From assembly GCA_964373855.1 (NCBI GenBank), contig CAYJWL010000004.1, forward strand, positions 1 to 45,390: 45,390 nt of DNA. The letters are read 5' to 3'. A program made the position numbers and the translations under genes. Each line of letters starts with the position of its first letter. Positions within the stretch are counted from its first letter, which is position 1. Below the pieces are notes generated by a model. That model made no database searches and was not told the origin of the DNA. It saw nothing but the letters and a program-made list of their open reading frames with translations. Positions 24,566 through 33,234 of this stretch are shown one piece after another. Source of the DNA: an uncultured Candidatus Saccharibacteria bacterium. GTDB taxonomy: Bacteria > Patescibacteriota > Andersenbacteria > UBA10190.

Positions 24566-26197
24566 ATGACGGAAAAAAAGAAGCCCAAGTATATCTTTGT
24601 CACTGGCGGCGTGCTGTCCGGACTGGGAAAGGGGATTACCTCGGCCTCGATCGGCAATATCCTCAAGGAGCGCGGCCTGGCAGTTAATATGCAGAAGTTC
24701 GATCAATATATTAATGTAGACGCCGGCACTTTGAACCCGGCGGAGCACGGAGAAGTGTTTGTGACAGACGATGGGGCGGAAACGGATCTTGACCTGGGAC
24801 ATTATGAGCGTTTCCTTGATCAGAATCTGAAGGAGGATTCCTCCGTAATGACGGGGGACATATATCGGGAAGTGATTAACCGGGAGAGACGGGGCGATTA
24901 TCTCGGCAAAACTGTTCAAGTCATCCCACACTTAACTGATGAGGTTAAGCGGCGCGCCACGCAAGCTGCCCTCCGCAACAGATACGACGTGCACATTGTA
25001 GAGATCGGCGGGACGGTGGGCGATGTGGAAGGATTTCATTTTTTGGAGGCGGCCAGGCAGATGGCCCTTGATGAAGGCGCAGCAAATGTTTTGTACGTTC
25101 ATGTTGTTTTTCTTCCCTATCTGAAAGCTTCAGACGAGGTTAAAACGAAGCCGGCGCAGAATAGCGTTCGGGCACTGCGCAGTATTGGGATTCAGCCGGA
25201 AATAATTATCGCCCGCGCCGATCAGCCGGTTGATGAAGGCTCTATCCGTAAACTCTCCCTCTATTCTAATGTCGAACCGGAGGCCATCCTGCCTTTGGAA
25301 ACTGTCAACAGCGTGTACGAGGTTCCGCTAATAATGGAGAAGCATAAACTGGATGAGGTTATTATGAAAAAGCTGGAGCTGGCGCCGCGCAAGCGAATCA
25401 ATGGTAATTGGGAACGGCTGGTGAACCAGATTAAGCGGCCAAAATCTAAAGTTTCGATTGCGGTGGTTGGCAAATACACCTCCATGCTTGATACCTACAC
25501 CAGTTTAGTGGAGGCCTTGAAGGCAGCGGCCTGGCAGAAAAACCGGGATTTGGACATTAGATGGGTTGATGCCGAGGAGCTGGAAAATAGCCAAGATCTG
25601 GCTGTTGTGTTTGCGGGTATTAAAGGGATTGTTGTGCCCGGTGGATTTGGTGTGCGGGGGACAGAGGGCAAAATCCGTGCCATCCAGTATGCCCGCGAGC
25701 AAAAGGTGCCCTATCTGGGATTGTGCCTGGGAATGCAGTTGGCTGTGATTGAATTTGCCCGGCATGTCGCCGGAATTAAACAAGCAACCAGCCAGGAATT
25801 TATTGATGAGGGGGATCAAAGCAAGCATCGCTTACGCGGCTGCGTGATTCACATCATGCCGGAGCAGAAGGCAATAACAGATAAGGGTGGTACCATGCGG
25901 CTGGGCGGATGGGATTGTGTTGTCAGCAAAGATTCATTCACGGGTCGTGCCTATGGCCAGCGAAAAATCCGCGAGCGGCACAGACATCGGTATGAGTTCA
26001 ATAATGATTTCCGGCAGAAACTCACCGCGGCGGGATTGCGCCTAGCCGGCACAACTCTGGACAAAAATTTGGTCGAGGTGATAGAAGTAGCTGATCACCC
26101 CTGGTTTGTCGGCGTGCAATTTCACCCGGAATTTACCTCACGACCCCTGAGCGGACACCCGCTTTTTAACGCCTTTATTAGCGCCGCCACGGCATAG
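24566..26197 (+). CDS. pyrG: CTP synthase
   Basis: The product has KYIFVTGGVLSGLGKG, and the GATase motifs GLCLGMQ and HRHRYEFN. Confidence 0.97.
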   Translation: MTEKKKPKYIFVTGGVLSGLGKGITSASIGNILKERGLAVNMQKFDQYINVDAGTLNPAEHGEVFVTDDGAETDLDLGHYERFLDQNLKEDSSVMTGDIYREVINRERRGDYLGKTVQVIPHLTDEVKRRATQAALRNRYDVHIVEIGGTVGDVEGFHFLEAARQMALDEGAANVLYVHVVFLPYLKASDEVKTKPAQNSVRALRSIGIQPEIIIARADQPVDEGSIRKLSLYSNVEPEAILPLETVNSVYEVPLIMEKHKLDEVIMKKLELAPRKRINGNWERLVNQIKRPKSKVSIAVVGKYTSMLDTYTSLVEALKAAAWQKNRDLDIRWVDAEELENSQDLAVVFAGIKGIVVPGGFGVRGTEGKIRAIQYAREQKVPYLGLCLGMQLAVIEFARHVAGIKQATSQEFIDEGDQSKHRLRGCVIHIMPEQKAITDKGGTMRLGGWDCVVSKDSFTGRAYGQRKIRERHRHRYEFNNDFRQKLTAAGLRLAGTTLDKNLVEVIEVADHPWFVGVQFHPEFTSRPLSGHPLFNAFISAATA

Positions 26198-26244
26198 CAG
26201 GGGAGTGCTAAAAGCAACGTGCCACTTCCGGCCTCAAGCCGCCG

Positions 26245-26523
26245 CTAGCGACGATTGACGTTGACGTAAATCGAATCTTGCAGTTTACCCGTGAAATTTT
26301 TGACTTTTTTCTGAGCAAAGGCGACGGTGCCGGCCATGGCTGCATACAGGGTATCATCGCCGCCACGACGGACGTTACTGCCCGCTCTATATTTAGTCCC
26401 GCGCTGGCGAATGATGATCTCGCCGGCTCCCACAATCTGGCCGCCATAAACCTTCACGCCCAAGCGCTTGCTGGCTGATTCTCGTCCTAATTGTGTTGAT
26501 CCGCCGGCTTTTCTATGTGCCAT
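26245..26523 (-). CDS. rpmA: 50S ribosomal protein L27
   Basis: The product begins [40 protein letters not shown] moved the start from 26757 to ATG 26523. TTGACG-N17-TAGGAT lies upstream. Confidence 0.95.
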   Translation of the reverse strand: MAHRKAGGSTQLGRESASKRLGVKVYGGQIVGAGEIIIRQRGTKYRAGSNVRRGGDDTLYAAMAGTVAFAQKKVKNFTGKLQDSIYVNVNRR

Positions 26524-26598
26524 AGATAAGAGTGTACCAATCCTATCGAATGAAAGGAAAAACGTCAATTCTCTTTTCGGTCGTGTATTATATACGAT

Positions 26599-27045
26599 AT
26601 GTTTGATGGGACTTCCTGGTGGGTTTTTTTTCAAAAGCACAAGCAATTTCTTAATCAGGCGTTGCTGGGGCTTTTGCTCTTCACCGCGGGCTGGCAAGCG
26701 GGCAGAGTGATGTCGCCGTATTATTCTTCTCAACCAATCATTTTTGAGGATCGGCAATGTGCGGCTTGTTCAGGGTCGGGCGGTACAGTGTCCGAATTGC
26801 AAGCGCTTAAAGACGAAGGGATCGCCAGCCGACGGCCTGCCGCCTCGCCGGCAGTAGCAGCCGCGGCCAGCACGGCACAGGGAGAGTTTGTTGCCAGTAT
26901 TAATTCTGATTTATACCATCATTCCAGTTGTCCGGCTGCTAAGAGGATAAATCCGGAGAATCAGGTGTGGTTTACTACCAATGCAGAAGCAGAGGCGGCT
27001 GGATACTCTCCCAGTCAGTGTGCGAAAGAGAAACTGGGTTTGTGA
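26599..27045 (+). CDS. Membrane-anchored protein with a C-terminal sunset/Ada-like metal-binding motif
   Basis: An N-terminal TM helix is followed by C-terminal [37 protein letters not shown]. This fits the YHxxxC...N..F....A...GY.P..C pattern. TATTAT lies 7 nt upstream of the ATG. Confidence 0.5.
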   Translation: MFDGTSWWVFFQKHKQFLNQALLGLLLFTAGWQAGRVMSPYYSSQPIIFEDRQCAACSGSGGTVSELQALKDEGIASRRPAASPAVAAAASTAQGEFVASINSDLYHHSSCPAAKRINPENQVWFTTNAEAEAAGYSPSQCAKEKLGL

Positions 27046-27530
27046 GGAGAGAAACTTTACCTCGGCTTTCTAGTATATGACTTGCCTGCCCATTCTGGCG
27101 CAGAGGAGGGGAGTTGTTGGGATGGGGCATCTGCCCGGCAAAGTGCGTACTTAAATGACGGGGAAGTCATTTTTTTCCCAGCAGGTCATGACATTAAATG
27201 TATTCGAAGGCACTTTTTTGACACCAGTACTATTTGTGTTCTTATGTGTGGAAAACTAGTATGGAACCAGGGTACGTCGCAAAAGATATATTGAGCGACG
27301 TTTCGTCTTGCTGCCTTTATTGTTCTGTATAATCTTTTGTCTTGCCTCTGTTACCTTTCCAATCAACCATTGTGTACCGCTCACTCCTCTGACGTACTTC
27401 CCCGCCAAACTATTTTTTTCTCGCCCATCGTGGTAGATATGTACCTGCTCTTGCGTTAATAATGTGAGCCAGCTGTAGGCCAGCTGCTTTATAGATGATA
27501 TAGTTTGCCGTATGACTTTATTAATACATC

Positions 27531-27550
27531 CCAGGTCATATATGACCTGG
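27531..27550. repeat. Perfect 20-nt palindrome CCAGGTCATA|TATGACCTGG
   Basis: Read directly from the sequence: 10-bp arms with no spacer, inside an ORF-poor segment that looks AT-richer. Confidence 0.9.
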
Positions 27551-27869
27551 GTATGATGATATAGCCCGATTAAATCGCTCACGAGTACCGCAAGACTTCT
27601 TTCAGCTGTAGTCAGCTGTATAGTGTTTGCCCGTCAAGCCATATCACATAGCCAGATCAATGCGGTAGTTTCTTAGGATCTGACTGTCACGAAATGCAGA
27701 CAGGGTTGTGTTGGGTAAGCCACCATCGGCTGACGCGGACAAATGTCGTAAAATGTAACTTTATTTAGTCTAGGCGCTCGCCAGCTTGATACAGCAACGG
27801 CATTGGAGGGTTTTCTTACCTGAAGGTTTTTAAATTGCAGCACATGCTTCGCGGCACCGGCGGCAATAT

Positions 27870-28160
27870 TTAGGGAGAGGGCAACAAGGGTACCTGTCCC
27901 CCACTCTCCGTGGTTTCAGTAATCTCGTCGATAACGTCTTGGGTGCGCGGCTGACTTGTTTCAAAGAGGGTTGTCAAGTACCGATAGACAAGGAAAAATA
28001 CTAGGCCGACCACAGCTAAGACAAATAGCCACTTTATACTTTTCAAAAAGATCTTTACGAGGAACACTAGAGCGAGAAATATCACCCCTGCTACTACATA
28101 TCCTACTGGTGTGTGCGGTAACCAAGGAATGATGTACTGCAGGTATGGATCAAGTGTCAT
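27870..28160 (-). CDS. Small two-TM membrane protein, last gene of the M23 peptidase operon
   Basis: The 96-aa product has two hydrophobic helices. Its ATG lies 1 nt after the stop of the upstream sORF. Confidence 0.5.
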   Translation of the reverse strand: MTLDPYLQYIIPWLPHTPVGYVVAGVIFLALVFLVKIFLKSIKWLFVLAVVGLVFFLVYRYLTTLFETSQPRTQDVIDEITETTESGGQVPLLPSP

Positions 28161-28161
28161 T

Positions 28162-28287
28162 TTAATGGCGTTTGCTCATAAACTCTCTCCAGACGAGGCG
28201 GGCAATGTAAAACAGGGCATAAAACGGACCCCAGATCGGCACCAGGGCGTGAACCCACTTTTCAAAGACTGCATCTGGATTAGCCAT
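28162..28287 (-). CDS. 41-aa small hydrophobic protein (below the track length cut-off)
   Basis: My translation gives MANPDAVFEKWVHALVPIWGPFYALFYIARLVWREFMSKRH. The ATG lies 3 nt after the M23 stop and the stop lies 1 nt before the next ATG, so the gene fits tightly in the operon. Confidence 0.4.
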   Translation of the reverse strand: MANPDAVFEKWVHALVPIWGPFYALFYIARLVWREFMSKRH

Positions 28288-28290
28288 ATG

Positions 28291-29493
28291 TTATAAAAAC
28301 TGGCGAGGGTTTACTGCCATGTTATTCTGGCGAACCTCGAAATGCAGGTGGGGGCCGGATGATAAACCTGCCCCGCGCGTACCCGGTGCACCACCAGTAT
28401 ACCCTACCGTTGTCCCTCTTGTGATCAGCTGGCCCTCGTTGACGGCAAAACCGGAAACGTGCCCGTAAACAGTAGAAATATTGTCGCCATGTATCACCAA
28501 AATATAGCTATATCCCGGATTGCCCGCATCGTGCGTTCTCGCTACGTATCCGTCTGCGGCGGCATTGATGGGTGTGCCCACGTTGGCCGGTATATCAATG
28601 CCGGAATGAGGCCCGATGAGGCTCTCGTACGGGTATCCCGCGCAGTGAAATTCGCACGACACACCAAATATAGCTTCAATCGGCCACCTAAGCGTGCCGA
28701 CCGACGGCAGGTTTCCAATCCCCTGTTTGCGCAATTCTTCTCGTATGCTGGCGTCAAGGGCAGCAATGGCGGCTTGGGATTCTTTATGAGCTTGTTGCGC
28801 CTGCTTGAGGAGGTCCTGGTATTGCGTTTCCTGCTGGTTGGTGAGCGTAAGAATACGTTGTTTTGCATCGCGCTGCGTCGTGAGCGTCACTTGCTGGCCT
28901 TCCTGGCGCTTCTGCAGCGCGGCCAGCGTTTGCTTAAAATCTTCCAGTTCACGCCGTTTGGTTAAAAGTTCTTGATGGAGTTTCTGGATGGTTACTAAAG
29001 TCTCCTGCCCCCTGTTCTGAAGCTCCTGGACCGTGGCCGATTCATTGATAGCTTCAGAAAATGTGCCGTACTTGAGAAAGACGGTCACGGCTGATTGCTG
29101 GTCAAGGTAATACAGTGAACGGATATGTTCGGCCAACACATCTTTTTGATGAGCTATTTCCTCTTCGCGGGCGACGATATCAGCCTGCACCGCTTCTATT
29201 TCCACATCAGTTTTTTCGATTTCGGCCAGCGTTTGGTCAATCCGCAACTCAATTTCAATGATGTTGTCGTCAATCAGGGAAATCTGATCGGCTAAAGTTC
29301 GCGCCTCTTTCTTTTTCTCCTGTATTTCCTGTTTAAAATTATTGATTTTATCCTCCGTTGTCTGCAAAGCCTTTCTTTTGGCTTCTAATTCGCTACGCAA
29401 TTCCTCAATCGTCTTGGCAAACGTCAAAGTCGGCGCGCCAGAGAGCGCAACCATAACAATAACAAAGGATAGGCGTACGGCTTTTAGATACAT
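28291..29493 (-). CDS. Coiled-coil M23 metallopeptidase (EnvC-like murein hydrolase or activator)
   Basis: A signal anchor is followed by ~230 aa of coiled coil. M23 motifs are HSGIDIPA, ILVIHGDNISTVYGHV and GPHLHFEVR. I moved the start from 29541 to ATG 29493 (MYLKAVRL). Confidence 0.85.
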   Translation of the reverse strand: MYLKAVRLSFVIVMVALSGAPTLTFAKTIEELRSELEAKRKALQTTEDKINNFKQEIQEKKKEARTLADQISLIDDNIIEIELRIDQTLAEIEKTDVEIEAVQADIVAREEEIAHQKDVLAEHIRSLYYLDQQSAVTVFLKYGTFSEAINESATVQELQNRGQETLVTIQKLHQELLTKRRELEDFKQTLAALQKRQEGQQVTLTTQRDAKQRILTLTNQQETQYQDLLKQAQQAHKESQAAIAALDASIREELRKQGIGNLPSVGTLRWPIEAIFGVSCEFHCAGYPYESLIGPHSGIDIPANVGTPINAAADGYVARTHDAGNPGYSYILVIHGDNISTVYGHVSGFAVNEGQLITRGTTVGYTGGAPGTRGAGLSSGPHLHFEVRQNNMAVNPRQFL

Positions 29494-29696
29494 GCAAGAC
29501 AACACTTCCGATTGAGCGCTCATATTATGACACAGCCACAATACCCCAGCAAGAGAGGCGTTTTACTCCATCCCAGCTGCTTATTTTCTGTCCATTACAC
29601 AAACGAAATCATCACCATGCCCAAGGCAATCATAGCTACCAGGATTGCGTATAGAATCTTCGCCCACCGGCGTCGTGCCAACATAGTACTAATATA

Positions 29697-31037
29697 TTAT
29701 CCGGGAAGCTTCGCCTGCGCCAGACGGAGGCGCCGGATACTTTCTTCTTTACCGATAACGGCAGCCACCTGGAACGGACTAGGAGAATGTTCCCGACCGG
29801 TTAAGGCCACTCTCATGGGCCAAAGGGTATCTCCCCTGCCGAGAGCGTTGGCATCAATCCAATGCAGGAGAAGCTGTTCCAGTTTTTTTTCAGAAAATAG
29901 AGACTCCGGCAGAGTCAATATTTTCCCTGTTAACTGGCCAAGGAGTTCTCTCGTTTCTAGTGCCTTACGTTTCTTCCAAATCAACAGGTCAGCCGCGTAG
30001 CCGGCCTGCCAATCGGGCAGGAAAAAAGCAATCGCTTCGGGCAGCTCGGCCAATGTTCCCACCCGTTGCTGCTCAATTTCCAGCGCCCTGGTTAAACGCT
30101 CACTGTGTTCTACGGACATTCCCGATTTTTGTAAAAAAGGTGTGGCCGCTTGCAAAAGCTGACGGCCGTCCAGTTTTCTCAGGTAGTGCTTGTTCATTGC
30201 GGTCAGTTTTGTTTCAGAAAAGATGGCTCCGCTTTTCTGCACGCCAGCCAGGGAAAATAATTCCGCCAATTCATCGTGGTTAAAGTATTCTCGGTCGTCT
30301 TTTGCGCTCCAGCCCAGCAGCGCCAAATAGTTCAGCATGGCTTCCGGCAGAAATCCCCTATCGCGGTACGCCAGGAGACTGGTTTCACCGCTGCGTTTGG
30401 AAAGTTTCCGGCGCTGGACATCAAGCAAGAGGGGTAAGTGAGCATAGACGGGCTGATTGTAACCAAGTGCCCGCTGAATCAGAATATGCTTGACCGTGTT
30501 GTGAAGATGGTCTTCGCCTCTGATAACATGGGATATCTTCATGGCGGCATCATCAACGACTACCGCCACGTGATAGAGGGGGTCATTAATGGATCGGGCA
30601 ATAATAAAATCTCCGGCAAAACTATTAGTGTGCACCCGTACTTCTCCTCTGATGTCGTCCGGAAACGTAATGGCCTGCGGCTCGACTTTCAACTTGATGG
30701 CCTCTCCTTCTTTATATGCTGCCTTACTGTCCAGGAGTTGCTGAAGTGCTTCCTGGTAGTGCTGCTTGCGTTCTGATTGACGATACGGCCCGTACTCCCC
30801 TCCCACATCAGGTCCTTCGTCCCAGCGCAATCCCAGCCATTCTAGGCCTTCGCTAATATCCAGCTCATACTCCGACTGGGACCGGACCGGATCAGTGTCT
30901 TCAAAGCGCAATATAAAAGTTCCCGCATATCGGCGGGCAAACAGTTCGTTGAAGAGCGCCGCGCGCGCCGTGCCAACATGCAGCCGGCCGGTTGGACTGG
31001 GCGCGATTCTCACTCTTACCGGAGCCGGGTTACCCAT
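29697..31037 (-). CDS. gltX: Glutamate--tRNA ligase
   Basis: The product has RIAPSPTGRLHVGTARAALFN (HIGH) and KLSKRSG (KMSKS). Confidence 0.95.
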   Translation of the reverse strand: MGNPAPVRVRIAPSPTGRLHVGTARAALFNELFARRYAGTFILRFEDTDPVRSQSEYELDISEGLEWLGLRWDEGPDVGGEYGPYRQSERKQHYQEALQQLLDSKAAYKEGEAIKLKVEPQAITFPDDIRGEVRVHTNSFAGDFIIARSINDPLYHVAVVVDDAAMKISHVIRGEDHLHNTVKHILIQRALGYNQPVYAHLPLLLDVQRRKLSKRSGETSLLAYRDRGFLPEAMLNYLALLGWSAKDDREYFNHDELAELFSLAGVQKSGAIFSETKLTAMNKHYLRKLDGRQLLQAATPFLQKSGMSVEHSERLTRALEIEQQRVGTLAELPEAIAFFLPDWQAGYAADLLIWKKRKALETRELLGQLTGKILTLPESLFSEKKLEQLLLHWIDANALGRGDTLWPMRVALTGREHSPSPFQVAAVIGKEESIRRLRLAQAKLPG

Positions 31038-31596
31038 AGAGCAAATTATACAGGGTTTCTTTTTTCTTACGATCGAGCCGCGCTTCCAGTAAAATAATGC
31101 GCAGCATTTTATCGCGCAGGCTGGGGTGGCTGCCTAATGCAAGGAATTCATCGAAGGCAAATGTGCGCAGCTCGATTCTTTCACCGGCATCGGGCGTTGG
31201 CTCGCTCACGCGCCTGAGATTTTTCCCGACAAAGGCATAGACCATCCAGTCCGTCTTAGCGCTTGGGGCATACTCGTGCCAGGGCATAAGTGTACCAATC
31301 TTATAACCCGTTTCTTCAAGAAATTCACGCTTGGCTGCCGCTGCGGGCGTCTCACCTGCCTCCACCCGCCCTCCGGCCGGTGTCAGGACGCCTGAGCGGT
31401 CTGGTTGTTCATCCCATGTCAGCAGAATTTTTTTATTCAGCAGCACGCCGACCGTGTGAACCGCGTCGGCTCTCTTTACCCGTTCAAATGTGGCAGTGGT
31501 GCCATCGTACAGCTCCTGCTTCCACTGCCACACCGAGAATATTTTACCCTGGAAGACCTTCCGGGCATGGTCGGGAATGTGCTCGCTCGATTCCAT
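31030..31596 (-). CDS. NUDIX hydrolase (ADP-ribose pyrophosphatase-like)
   Basis: The Nudix box reads GGRVEAGETPAAAAKREFLEETGY. The gene overlaps gltX by 8 nt. Confidence 0.85.
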   Translation of the reverse strand: MESSEHIPDHARKVFQGKIFSVWQWKQELYDGTTATFERVKRADAVHTVGVLLNKKILLTWDEQPDRSGVLTPAGGRVEAGETPAAAAKREFLEETGYKIGTLMPWHEYAPSAKTDWMVYAFVGKNLRRVSEPTPDAGERIELRTFAFDEFLALGSHPSLRDKMLRIILLEARLDRKKKETLYNLLYG

Positions 31597-31688
31597 ATGC
31601 CTCAGTTTGCCCGAAAATCAGCCGAAAAATAATGTTGACAAAACAAGCTCCTTATTACGTTGGGTTTATATCTCCTGACACTGCCACT

Positions 31689-32054
31689 TCAAACTTTCTG
31701 CTCTAGGCGAAGTATCTGACTTTCCAGCCTGACGAGATTTTCTCGCTCAGCTTTCGTGGGTAATGCTAGTTTAATGGCTTCCACATCTACCCGTAATATC
31801 CCGACCTCTTCGAAAGTGGCGTCGAGGGTTGATTGTATGTACGGTATGACCTGCACTACTTCCTGCAACTGGTTAATATCAGCCCGTATATCCGGTATGA
31901 CCTGCACTACTTCCTGCAACTGGTTAATATCAGCTTGCATTTTCGGGATGGGCTGTACAGCCTCATGGACAGCCTTCACTTCATCCAGGATGTTTTCTAA
32001 GAGAGCATTGGTGTAGCCCGCTGAATTTGGATTGTGTTTTATTTTCTTTGTCAT
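31689..32054 (-). CDS. Small coiled-coil protein with an internal 17-aa tandem duplication, function unknown
   Basis: The product contains ADINQLQEVVQVIPDIR followed by ADINQLQEVVQVIPYIQ. TTGATT-N17-TAGAAT ends 8 nt before the ATG. Confidence 0.5.
   Translation of the reverse strand: MTKKIKHNPNSAGYTNALLENILDEVKAVHEAVQPIPKMQADINQLQEVVQVIPDIRADINQLQEVVQVIPYIQSTLDATFEEVGILRVDVEAIKLALPTKAERENLVRLESQILRLEQKV
31842..31943. repeat. Two tandem 51-nt units inside the CDS (first 42 nt identical)
   Basis: CGGTATGACCTGCACTACTTCCTGCAACTGGTTAATATCAGC occurs at 31842-31883 and again at 31893-31934. Confidence 0.9.
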
Positions 32055-32210
32055 TCTCAGTAATTCTATGTCTGTCCAGTAGGCTAATCAAGTGAGCTAA
32101 TGCACTACGCCCTAACTCTCTATCCGCCAAGCAGCGGCCTCCGACTCCGGGGCGCAGGCTTTAAGGAGCAAACCCTGCCGGACTGGCGGGCAACCTGTGT
32201 CCGAGCGCGA

Positions 32211-33218
32211 CTACCACTTCAGGCTGCCGGCATTTTGATACTCGGTTACTCGTGTCTCGAAGAAATTCTTTTCTTTGCGCAAATCAATAATTTCACTCAT
32301 CCACGGGAAAGGGTTCTTGGCGTTGTAGACTTTCTTGAGGTTAATGCGCTCTAGCCGGCGGTCCGCGATATGTTTGAGGTATTCCTCTATGGTATCGGCG
32401 TTGAGGCCCAATATGCCGTGCGGTAAACAATCTCGGGCATAGTCATTTTCGAGTTCAACACCGCGTTTAATATTTTCCGTGATAGTCGTCTTGAATTCGT
32501 GCGTCCAGATTTCCGGATTTTCTTTCACAATGGCGTTAATGAGGTCACTGCCGAAGGCTAAGTGAACCGACTCGTCACGCAGTATGAATTGGAACTGCTC
32601 CCCCACTCCCACCATTCGGCTGCGTCGCAGGAAGGACAACATCATCACAAAGCCCGCGTAAAAGAAGATACCTTCCATGATCACGTAAAACCCGACTAAG
32701 TCATGGACGAACCGTTGAATGTTTTCTGTGCCGGCGGTGCTAAAATTGGGATCAAGGATGGATTTGGTCATACCGACAACGAAATCATCCTTCTTTTTGA
32801 TACTGGGGATGGTGAGATACATGTTATATACCTCGTGCGGATCCAAACCAAGTGTGTCACAGCAATAAATGAAGGTATCCGTGTGAACAGCTTCCTCGAA
32901 GGCTTGGCGCAGCAGGTACTGCCGGCATTCAGGATTGGTAATGTGCTTATAAATGGTTAGCACGAGGTTGTTGGCCGTCAGACTCTCGGCGGTGGAGAAA
33001 AAACCCATATTCCACATGATGAGCCGCCGTTCATCGTCTGTCAGAGCCTTGGGGTTTTTCCAGGTTTCTACGTCTTTCTGCATATTGACTTCATCCGGCG
33101 TCCAGTTATTGGCCACGCCATTCTTATAATGCTGCCGCGCCCATTTATATTTCATGGGCAGGATCTTATTGGGGTCGGTGGTCTCGCAGTTGAGGATTTT
33201 CTTTTCTGACTGATCCAT
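32211..33218 (-). CDS. nrdB: Ribonucleoside-diphosphate reductase subunit beta (class I)
   Basis: Di-iron ligand motifs are EEAVHTDTF and RDESVHLAF, followed by FFYAGF. I moved the start from 33302 to ATG 33218, which lies 16 nt after the nrdA stop. Confidence 0.93.
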   Translation of the reverse strand: MDQSEKKILNCETTDPNKILPMKYKWARQHYKNGVANNWTPDEVNMQKDVETWKNPKALTDDERRLIMWNMGFFSTAESLTANNLVLTIYKHITNPECRQYLLRQAFEEAVHTDTFIYCCDTLGLDPHEVYNMYLTIPSIKKKDDFVVGMTKSILDPNFSTAGTENIQRFVHDLVGFYVIMEGIFFYAGFVMMLSFLRRSRMVGVGEQFQFILRDESVHLAFGSDLINAIVKENPEIWTHEFKTTITENIKRGVELENDYARDCLPHGILGLNADTIEEYLKHIADRRLERINLKKVYNAKNPFPWMSEIIDLRKEKNFFETRVTEYQNAGSLKW

Positions 33219-33234
33219 ATTGATGTATGTTACA

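Noticed and set aside
27256-27582. A 108-aa minus-strand ORF, considered as a degenerate GIY-YIG homing endonuclease (HIY..12 aa..YVRG).
   Set aside because: The motif spacing and the downstream Arg/Glu/Asn residues do not fit. It has a GTG start with no SD or -10 box. It is not callable as a gene from sequence alone.
29595-29684. A 29-codon hydrophobic ORF (MLARRRWAKILYAILVAMIALGMVMISFV) between gltX and the M23 gene.
   Set aside because: It is plausible as a small membrane peptide, but it has no SD, no -10 box at leaderless distance and no other support. Its reality cannot be judged without conservation data.
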